Below, in pieces: positions 26,901-38,900 of a stretch of DNA of 64,000 nucleotides. The stretch is from Octopus vulgaris (taxonomy: Eukaryota). Position numbers and translations under genes: made by a program. A model generated the notes under the pieces. That model saw only the letters and a program-made list of their open reading frames with translations, made no database searches and had not been told where the DNA came from. The DNA lies in assembly GCA_951406725.2 (NCBI GenBank), contig OX597816.1, positions 101,742,001 through 101,806,000 on the forward strand, given 5' to 3'. The stretch's first letter is position 1, and each line of letters opens with the position of its first letter.

Positions 26901-29900
26901 ACAGAGCCAAGCCTATAGCAAACATTCAAGTCAGGTCTCTGGTTAGAAGATACTATCCTCCCACCTCTATCTTACTTGTAACGGGTCATAGCAACTGCCC
27001 TTCTTCCTAACTATGCATCATCATCATCCTTTAATATCTATTTTCCATTCTGTTTTCCATTCTGGCATGGGCCTGACAGGAGCTGATGAACCAGAGGACT
27101 ATGCCATGTTCCAACGTCTGCTTTGGTATGGTTTCTATGATTTGATGCCTTTCCTAACACCAACCCCTTTAGAGTGTACTGGATGCTTTTTACATGGCAA
27201 ATGCACAAGTGAAGTCACCAAGTAACTTGCAAAATAAGACCCCTCAAATGAGAGGTGTAGCATTGAGGGAGATGGCTTTATACCAAATAAGAGGTTAAGG
27301 TATGATAGAGGGGTGTAAGTAGAAACATGTGTCTCATGATAGAGGAGATACATAGCTGGTTTTGAAATTGCATCAGAATATCATCAGGAAGGTGAATATA
27401 AGAGAAGTGGCCCAGAGGATCCTACAGGGTAAACAGATAGTAAGACTGTAAGAGTTGAAAGGAGAGTGGCAAATAGACAGAGATTGGGATAGCGGTGAAT
27501 GCAATGATTGATGAAACTATAAAAAAAATATATAAAAGAAACATAATACTCTCCATATATACATTCATTAAAAGATATATTCACACATTACTATGCAATA
27601 TAATTATGCACTAGACAGATACACATTAAAATACATACACACACACACACAACCAACAATCCACACTACACAGCTACAAATAACACCCAAAATTATATCA
27701 GCAAGACTGAATGAAAAACAATTACAAAAGAAACTAGCAAAAGTGTACTAACCAAAAAATTTGTGGATGGTGACATGGTGATGTGATAATGGTATAACCT
27801 GTTGGCATTATTACTCTCTGAAACACATGGAATGATTTCCTGAAATGAAAGACAATATCAACATCATGATATCTCATTAACATAGCCACAAAGAGACATT
27901 TATCAATTTGGTCATTTATACTCTTACAGTATTATAATTATACACAGATATACATGCCTTTATATTAAAGTACTGCACCATGCTATACACTTCTATGTAT
28001 GTAGACTACATACACTAAATATTATATAATGTCATATATAATGTAACACAACAAACCTCTTCTCCAGGGAATATATTGTGTCGAATTCCAGTCTTTCGTG
28101 CTTTTAGACTGCAACGACAGAGTGGTCCATCATTCATCTAAAATGATAAAGAAATGTAACTTCAAATCTCTTTGACACCATGGCTTACTGGAGATCAAAT
28201 TAAAACTTACTAGTGCATTTCTCGTAAAAAGTTTAGAACATTTTTGAAGGTTAAAAATTTAAAAACAAATATAGAAAACTATTGCTTCCTGTCTTTTAGT
28301 AATTATACTTGTATATAAAAAAATTTCAATTAACATGCTTTTGAGGACTCTTCAGTGTTAGTATGGATTTTCATTATGTTTTTTAAAATCATATGTATAG
28401 AGTCTCCTTTGCAACATACTGTTTGAGTATTACTGCTGATAACTAATGCAATATTTCTCCATCTGTGAGGATTGAAGTGGGAAGGGGACAAATAGACATA
28501 ACTACACAACTGTGCCCCACCCATAATTCTGACATTGTTTCCTCACAACTTTCTGAAAAATGGATATTTTTTTAATGATATTTTCTACAAATACATATTG
28601 GAATTCAAACAAAGAAACCATGCCAAATCAGACAACTGGACTCTGGACAGCACCTGTCAAACTGTCCAACTCCTGCTAGCATGGAAAAATGGACATTGAA
28701 GGACAATGAGATGACGAATTATCCAAAACTCCTTGTTCCCCACACACCTACACTCTGAATAAACTTTCACCAAAAATCATTTAACGTCCGCTTTCCATGC
28801 AGGCATGGTTTGGATGGTTTGATTGAAAACTGATAAGCTGGTGGGCTGCACCAAGTTCCATTCTGATTTGACAAGGTTTCTACAGCTAGATGCCCTTCTT
28901 AACTCCAACCACTCTGAAAGTGTAGTGGGTGCTTTTTGCGTGCCACCAGCATGGGTGCCATTGACCTGACACTGGCATTGGCCAGAACTATGGTCTCGCT
29001 TGGCTTGACAAATCAACACAAGTACAGTATATCACCAAGGGTCTTCGTCACTTGTCACTGCCTCCCTGAAGCCCAACATTCAAATGGTGCTTTTTACATG
29101 TCACCGGCACAGGTGCCAGTCAGACAGTACTGGCATTGGCCATGACTACAATTTCACTCGGTTCAACAGATCTTCACAAGCACAGTATATCGCCCAACAA
29201 TTGAAGGGTGCTTTTAACAGGCCAGTTATGCAACACAAGTATCCACTATGACTGTGATCTCACTTGGGTTGACACCACTGTCTCCATGAGGACCAACACA
29301 CAAATGGTGGTTTTTACATGCCACCAGCATGAGTGACAAATATAGCATCAGTGCTGCTTCTCCCTCGCACAAACCCAAACTGCATCTCATCTAAACTAAC
29401 TCTCCCCCTAATTAGTTGGGTTATGACCCCCTCTGTAACTTTTATCACCAGATCTAACAATTTGATACCTCTGTAATTATTCCTATCTAAGGCATTACTT
29501 TAACTTTGTAAAAGTTGACTATGGTGCTGCTACACCAGTCATTGGGTTATGACTCCTTCATGTATCACCTGGCTGACTATACAGGTGACTAGATTATAGC
29601 CTACACTGTCAGATATTTTAAGCATCTCATCAGTGATTCCTGATGGGCCAAGGGCTTTCCTTGTCTTCATATCCTTGCTTTATCTACCAAGGTACTGTCA
29701 ATTCGAATAGCTGGTCCCTCAGTTGGGTCAACATTTAGCAGACTCTCTCTCATTCATTCTCTTCATTTAGTAACCTTGTATAGTGGTGTCTCGAAGTCTC
29801 TTTCTTTGCAGCAGCATTAAATGCAAGTGAGCCATCATCCATGCACACACACACTTCTCTCCTATGAAATCATGATCTTCTCTCACACACTGTCTTGCAA

Positions 29901-32900
29901 TTCAAAACACTTCAAGTCTCTGGTCCTCAGGATACAGAACATTGGCAAATCTCTTCTTTTCTGCTTCCTCTCTGGCTAAGTAAATCTGTCTCCTAACTTC
30001 TCTTCTGGCTATCTGATACAATTCTCTGCTACCACCACACTTCCAGTTCTTCCAGGCCTGCTTCTTGTCCTTAATGGCCTCGTCAACTACACTGTTCCAC
30101 CATTATGTTACCTTAGGTCGAGAGGGGACTTTGCACCAGTTACAGATCTGGTCAATAGCCCTCAACAGGTTGTCCCGTAGGAACCTCCATGTTGTGTGAC
30201 ACTATATCTTCCTCTATTTTGTCAAAAGCTTCAAGTAATACATCTTTAAATCTCTGTCCATTCAGAGGATATAACCGTAACCTACACAATCTAAAATGTA
30301 TTTGCAGAAAATTTCATAAAAAAATATCCCTTTTTCAGAATGTTAAGTGGAAACAAAGATAAAGCAAGCACATACTATAGTTATGCTGACAAATTACCTT
30401 GTTTAATAAAATCAAGGCTTTAAACTTTTTAAACTTGTACAACACTATAGCAAGGAGTGAAGAATTGTACCGATGCAAACTCTCGCTGATAAAAGGAGAA
30501 CAAGCAAAAAATTTCACTTATATTTTTGGATGAGCTAGTACTTGTCAGTTTGAGAAGAGATAAATAAATCCTCGAGAAAGTATGAATGAAAGTATGAGTT
30601 GCTTCCCTTGTGAGCCGAGCCCTTTAATACTTACTTCTCCTGGATCATTGTACCATAATTCTTCATGTAATCGATATGGATGACGCTTTTTACGGTTCAA
30701 TTCCTCTAGCCACTCATTGGTCGTCTCTTCAGAACCACTGTCATCAGTATCATCAGAATCATCGGTAGAATCGTCTGTAGAAACAGAAGTAAAGGAAGTA
30801 AATATTTGTCCTGCTAATGCTCAACGTCCCATCGTTATTTGTTGGGATTCGGGGCTGTCAGAGAAACAAACTTTTCTTACCGACTGAACAATGTCTGTTT
30901 GTATGAAAAGTCCAAGTCGTCACCTCACTGGCTGGAAAATGGCGAAAAAGGCAAACAAATATAAATACACAACTATCAAATATAACTTTCATCAATTCGA
31001 AACAAATGGAAACACCAATACCATTACTATCATCATAATTTTCTTTATACTTAGTTACAGCATGAGCAGACCAAAGTTGGAATATTCTTCTCTAGTGAAT
31101 ACTATTCTAAAACTCCGCTTTGTGGAATCAATCCAAATAACCTTCTTTACAGTGACTCAATCCTTTAATAACCATCTGCAAACATTATCATTTGGTTTCT
31201 GAAGTCTTATGGACAGCTGCAACAAGCTGAACTAAGCCTGTTGGTTGAAGGATCAACACTTTACATTCTACGACGACACTTGAACTTCTAATCACCAACT
31301 ACATAGACATTTGTACTTCTAGTCAATGCGGGAACCTCTATGTTTTTGATCTGTTAAAAACAGCAGCCAAATCTCCATCAGTTCGTGCCCTACAACTTTA
31401 AAAAAAGAGGAAGGACATCATCATCATCATTTAACGTCTGTTTTCCATGCTAGCATGGGTTGGACGGTTCGACTGGGGTCTGGGAAGCCAGGAGGCTGCA
31501 CCAGGCTCCAGTCTGATCGGGTAGTGTTTCTACAGCTGGATGCCCTTCCTAATGCCAACCACTCCGTGAGTGTAGTGGGTGCTTTTTACGTGCCACCAGC
31601 ACAGGTGCCAGGGAAGGCTGGCAGCAGCCACGATCAGTTGGTGCTTTTTACATGCCACCAGCACATAAATTGGATAATATAGTACTAAGTGAATTATGTC
31701 TGAAAAGAGAGAGTACTGATGGTTTGAATGCCTTTGATAATATCTCTGCTCAATCAGGGCACCTGGTTCGACATCAGCAACAGCAATACTTGATCTCAAC
31801 ATCTCAGTTCACCTAGCTGTAAATAAACACTAAGTGGGATTACTGCTTAAAATGAGTGACACTATACCTTAATGCATTTTGCTTGCTTGAAATGTTGGGC
31901 TTAAACCCTTTATGAGTCTAAAGCTATAAATCTATAAGTTATAATATATAAAACAAGCAAAAGGAAAATCAAATAAGCTAATGGCATGAATTTGGATAAA
32001 TAAAGGGTGATGTAGTGAATGGTGTAAGCAAACAATTCCTAAGTCAAATGTTTGAGTTGGAGAAAGAAAGCAAAAACCTAGTGGCAGATGTTAATGACCC
32101 TCAAAGAAAAAGGGTGATAAATTTCAAGAAAATTAATTACTCTTACAAAGTTAATATACATCGTTAGAGGAAGGAAAGTCTGATATTTACAGGATACCTT
32201 TCACTCTGTTAAACCTAGACAGTATAGTATTATCTACCCAAGCCTAACTGCTCAGCTGACCAAGATTTTAACATACGGAAAAAATATAATGAATAATTTT
32301 CGGCAAATATAATTTGCATAAAAAATAAAGATTCAGTCTGAAAAAAGACAGGTTCCACTAAACTAATTTTCTTAGAAACACAACATGAAAACTATAAGCC
32401 AGTAAGACAGCCTCTACTTGGTTGTTCTACCTGCTAGAAATAGTAACTAAATTTCTTTCAAATCACATTCTACTATCTTAGAAGAGGACAATCTAGATGA
32501 TGAGGTCTCACCGGTCTGGAACCCCTATCTTGCCCAGGACATCAATCGTCTGGAAGCTGTTCAGCGACGTGCAACCAAAAGAATACCCTCCATCAGGCAT
32601 TTGCCATATCCTGAAACTTTATATGCACTTTCTGACAAGTTGTGGTGCACCTGAGCACTGTATACAATAATTTCATTATTATTATTATTATTATTATTAT
32701 AGTGCACTGATGATGATGATGATGATGATGGTGGTGACAATGATGATGATGAAGATGATGATAATGATATTTTGACTAAATACAAGCACAATTTTATTAG
32801 GTGAGGGTATAATTGATAGAATCTACCATCAGTACATTGGTGGATGATGTAAAATACCAGAGTGAATAAGGTATAGGACCACAGACTAACATAGGCACTT

Positions 32901-35900
32901 CAACTACTGGCAAGATATTTTGTTGTACTGACACCAATTCTCCTATCAGTGCAGGAAAAGGTACCAGGGTTTCTATGTTTCTTTTAGTAAACTAACTCTC
33001 TAACAAGAGGAAGTTTCATCTCTCAAACACTTGATGCTACAAGTTGTAAGAGTAATGCTAGATACTTGCAATTTACAAAAGGATAAATTAATTAAATATT
33101 TAGTCCACAGATTTGTGTACTACAGCAGGAATTAAGTATACTTAATATACAATAAAACACAATAGAACAATACAATAAAACACACAGACATGTTTTCACA
33201 GATTGCATCTTCAATTTGACATACACCATATTCCAAAGAATATGAAATATACATTGTGCATGCAGGACATATGATAACTAAAGTGAAATAACTAACAAAA
33301 ATATATTGCAAACATGGCGTTCAGGAACACCATTCTACTGAACAAATGCCATTGCTGAGACAAAGTGTTTGGCAATCTGAGTTTATATGATATTAAGTCT
33401 TTCATGCAATTCTTTTTTGTTGCTGAGAATATGAAAATATGCATGCATATGAAGAGCTGTGTATATGTATATTTGATAAGAAATCATGTTCTTATTACTA
33501 ATACTATGTTATTATTATTAATGTGTTGACTAAGCTCTTTCTCTAGTTAACATCCATTTTTCTATGTATGAATGAGTGGGATGTTCTTTTGCTAGAGCAA
33601 CTATTTCTACAAATGGATGTCTTTCCTGCAGTTACCCATAAGCCATGAAGAATGAAACATTTCTTATATTCTATGATAAAAAGCATTCCAGTCCTAACCA
33701 TCTCATTTTTTTTTTTTTTTTTTGGAGGGGGTGGTCCGATATGATGCACCTAAGACTATGTACTCCAAAGTGGCCTTCTATTTCTTTTTGACAAAAGGAA
33801 TTTGACTACTATTTCTAGTAGGCTGGGAAAGTGTATAGAGGATACATGGAACAAAGCATGAGCTTCCTTTATTAGCTCATATTTTGTTCACAAAGTAAAC
33901 TGGAACAAGCAGAATTAAGTGATTTGTTCAGGAGCACAACACAACACTAGTAAGATCTAAACTTATTATTATGTAGACAGTAGACCAACAACTTAACTCT
34001 ACAACTAATACACCTTTTGAACAGCATGTGTATTACTGTCAGTTGATAACTATTAACTGTTTCTATATATAGATATCCTTCATTTAGTTAACTACTAAAC
34101 TATGAAGTAGGAGTGAAACTATTGGATTAGAGCATAATTATTACGGCTTTTTTCAACAAATTTTATTCAACAAAAACATCTTTAAATGACAGTCTGACCA
34201 TCTGCCAAGCAAATGGGAAGCAGTAATTGAAGTAGATGGTGAATATGCTCCAGAATAATCATTTAAAGATGTTTTTGTTACATGTTGTTATTGTTTTTGT
34301 TGAATAAAATTTGTTGAAAAAAAGCTGCAATAATTTATGCACCAACCCAATATTCCTCATTGTTGTTTAACAACCAAGTAAACACTGATCAAATAGACCT
34401 ATCAAGAAAAGCATTCTAGCCCTTTCTTACTATTTTTTCATATATAATATATTTAGGATCACATTCACCAACATAACCTACCATTTCCTTTAGATATTAG
34501 AGGGTGTTTAGAGAGAAATTTTTTAGCCAACAAATTGAACTCCGTGGCAAATTACTCACTATATTCATTACATCATCCCAATACTTTACTAAATATGTAT
34601 CTTTATTCTATCTAATTTGGTCCATCATCATCATCATTTAATGTCCATTGTCCATGCTGGTATGTAAATAAATGACATGTCAAGTACCTACTGTATTGTC
34701 TTAATTCATTGTCTTCACTCATGGTGCTGAATTTAAATACTTCCCAAGGTTGCCATATAATAGACAGATTCACTGAGATATTAATGAACTGAATCAGTAA
34801 CATATTTACAATTCATGGTTGTAGCAGTTTCAGTTCACTTACAATGCTTTAACATCATAACTTTGGTTTCTGTTTCACTAAAAATATTAAGTTTCAATGC
34901 CTACTGCATGGAGGCCCTGGGAAATATCTCTAGTGTACTCTCCCAGAAATGCAACTGAAAGATAAAGTTTTTCTTTTTTTTTTTCTTTTTGCATAGCTGC
35001 AGAAATGAAGGATAGGTTGTATTGAGATTACACTGAATTACAACTAGTTGTATGGTTAAAATACTAGAATCCTGACTACGTGGTCACAAAATATACCTTA
35101 CTGTAATTTCAAATCATGACCAAGTCCTTTGTACTCCTGAACAAGATATTGTATGTCTCAGTCAACCTATCTGACACAAAAAGTACCATTTTCACTTCAT
35201 AGTAAGTAATTAGTAGTCAGAACATCCAACTACAGAAATAGTGGTTATAACAAATATCCCATTTGAAGCATAAATAAATGGATAGAAAACAGCAAAGAGT
35301 AGAAAAAAGAAAAAAGACTTATAAACAATGTAATATTTCGTTTGTCAAGAAGTAACTCTCTATATTATATTTTCCTCTGAAACATCATAATAAATGTGCT
35401 TTATGCAGGTTTCTCTCAATAAAACAATATATTTCTAATAGTAAAACAACTACCTTTCAATATCCAAAGCTAATAAGTAATTCTTTTTACCTGTTCACAG
35501 AAACTATTGATACTTACTTGGACTGTCATGAATGTGTGTTATTATTGGTCTTTTAGGTTCTTCATACTTTGGTCTGGTTTCTATGATCGTTTTTGCCCGG
35601 TCACACAATTCTGTTTGGAAACGGTGTTGTAGATCTATCATCTTCTGTGTAGCCATCAAACAGTTAGTTTGCTGAGAAAACAAAATATCAATGACTAGTT
35701 CTTTAGACGGAAACAGATTCAAAATGAAATAGCAGATGTAGTGATTAACCTGTGACAGCATCCTCATCATGTGAAATGACAAACGTCCAACTCTTCGTTT
35801 TTTACCTCACTCCTTAGAAGGTTCTACATTTAATTTAATATAAAGCACCAAGTAAATTCATAAAGTTTAATTTAACAACCTTCTAAAATTTGATACAATG

Positions 35901-38900
35901 AAGGAATTTCCACAAATTTGCTTGACTTACTCAATATAGCAATTAAATCTCCTTTTGACAACTCCTTACCCTATTTAAAATGGAGGTTACATATTTACAT
36001 CTTAAACTTTAGAACAGAATATTCTATGAGAATGAAACAATATTGATCAAATGATTGTTTGATTAGCTACTTCTATGCAAAGCCGAACTTAAGTCATCCA
36101 GAAACAACTTCTCTTCACTCTCAATATACAACATTTTGTAATGCAAAATAAATCTCCATTGACCAATGACTTTATAAGCTGACCCCTTTCTTATGGACAT
36201 CATCCACACACAGTCTGTATAACAAATTCCTGAAAATGACATTTGAGAAATGCAGTCCAGCAAAACTAGCAAAAAAATGTAGTTCATAAAGGTTAAATTT
36301 TATCTGAATAATGTTTACTTTCCTATATTCAACTGTAATCTTTCAAATTTCTTGTAAATACACACAACTTTCAACTAAAACCACCAGCCTTCTAACTTTC
36401 AAAAAAAAAAATTTTCCAACCATCAACAGAAACAGAACTTAAGGAAACAGTTGAGAAGGAGCTTACCTTATCACGGTAAAAGTACAAATCAGCTGGAGAA
36501 CACCTTATCCAAGCTGGAGTATCACTTTTTTCAGTTTTTTCTTTTTTGTACTCCTTCCGCAGAGGTTCAGGAGATTCTGGTTTCTCAGGCCGTCTTGGCT
36601 TCTTCGTTTCTCTAGAGATGTAACCCATTAAAAACATATTAATACTCTGCTTCAATAAGCATATAAGGTAATGGTATGGCAAGACAGTTTTGTAAGCTTA
36701 GATCTCATAAGGTTGAGTAGCATGGTATTATCTGTTGGTACAGGTGAAGGTGAGAGAGAGTAACCTAAAATATGTTATGATTGCCAGTGTGTAATATACA
36801 CACTTGCCCACAGTAAGTGTCTTCTACTACAGCCATGGGCTGTACAAAGCCTTGTAAGTATATTTTATATATATATTCTTTTCTTCTTGTACTTGTTTCA
36901 GTCATTTGACTGCAGCCATGCTGGAGCACTGCCTTTAGTCAAACAAATTGGCCTCAAGACTTATTCTTTGTAAGTCTGGTACTTATTATATCAGTCTCTT
37001 TTGCTGAACCACTAAGATATTGGGACTTAGACACACAAACATTGGTTGTCTAGTGATAGTGGAAAGGACACACAAATACATTAACACTATACATAAATAT
37101 ATATATGATAAGGAAAAGTGTGGTAGATATAATACATTATAATATTCTTGTTAGTCATAATTGCTGATGCTGTGCTACATCATTTGGTATGTCATTAGTG
37201 TTTAGATATAACATATCATGGTTTTGTTATTGTATAATATAGTGTTCCATGCAATGACCTGAACATGGTATAATACAGTATGATAAAACATAACACAGTG
37301 ACAAACTGCAAAATAGACTACTCTCAGTTGAGTAGTATAACATGCAGTTATTGTATGTGTGGTGATATTCTGCATGTGAAATAACTACGTTAACATGTAT
37401 ATATCTTCAACGCAAGTGTGTTAATACACATGTCATCTCAGTTTCTGTCCTTTAATATTTACTTTCTACTTCAAATTTTTCAATTCAAGATTAACACTTG
37501 TTATAGTCAAACTTTAGTGGTTTTTATTACCTTTCTACTACTATACTGAAATGATTAGACTTCAAACAGAAATTAATGTCATACAGTATGTATTATGTAC
37601 ACCATTCTACGATATGGTTACATTATTGTAGGTTACACACCAATATAATATAGCAATGGTATGGACTATTGCTCAACAGCTCTATATGGTACATTACAAA
37701 ACAATATTTATTAAATGGTACAATATGCTACACATCAGTATGGTATGATATACTACACTATGCTACATAGTAGTATGGAATATTACCCTATGATATAATA
37801 AGATATGACATGCAACAACAAAGTCTACTGACAACTTACCTGCTCTCTCGTGAATCACTCTCTTTACTCCAAGATCTTTTCTTACTACTAGAACTAGACA
37901 CTGAGCTGGACCCAAGAGCTGGACTTCGACGATGATCTCTTCTCTCACTAGTTTTCTCACTTTTTCTCGGTGATGGTGACCTTGATCTGTGTCTACTGGA
38001 ATATGGAAGTATGTCTTGTTAGTTAAGACCTCAGCTGCAGATATATCAGCAATCGGAGTAGTAGAGATAACAAAACAATGACAGAATAATGCTGCTGCTG
38101 TTGAGCCCAGAGTGAAGCTTGAGCAAGCTGACCTGTCATCAAAGCATTCCAACCATAACCAGCCTGTCATTTTTATATTTCCAGGACTAGTTTGCATAAC
38201 TAGGTGTGTAGAAAAAACAATACCTGAAGATAACTAGAGAATATATATCACTGAAAACATAATGGAGAAAACAGAAAACAAAAGATGTAAATGGTTCGGA
38301 GAATCCCATTATACTTTAACCTGTCAGCATTTAAACCAGCCATATCTGGCCAAAATATTCTGTTTTATGTTCAAACTGGCTGGATCTGGCCTCTCACACC
38401 TACCCTATAATGTCATTCTAGAAATAAATAATCTATCATTTAAATCTCAAAGGTATGAGATAAGGCATGATTAATTTCAAACAATGTGAATAAATAAGCA
38501 TTACATTTGACAGAGTAATCTGAATGCTAAAGGGTTAAGAATGCATATTCTCTTACCTTGGTCTGCTCCAAGAACTACTGTGTTTTTCACTGTCTTTTCT
38601 TCTTGAATAATGTGGCGATTCTGACCGTGGTTCATACAGTCGCTTTCTCTCTTTGCTCTTCGAGTGGTGACTACTAATGCTATTACTGGAGTTCAGTGAA
38701 GTGCCATACATGCCTTTACTTGTTCCACTAGAACTATAGGATGACAGAGTCGAGCCACTGGATATCTTTTCTCGATCACAACGCACTGGACACAGGAGAC
38801 TGCTGCCATTCTTGCAATGCAGTGATGACAATGAGGAAGAAGAATTTGAAGAGAAGTGGGAGCTGTCTCTTTCTCGATCCCTATCACGGTCACGGTCTCT

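Noticed and set aside
35485-35517. Alternative donor CAG|gtaaaa 27 nt downstream that would add a stop
   Set aside because: The upstream gtaagt donor is adequate and such cryptic sites occur by chance
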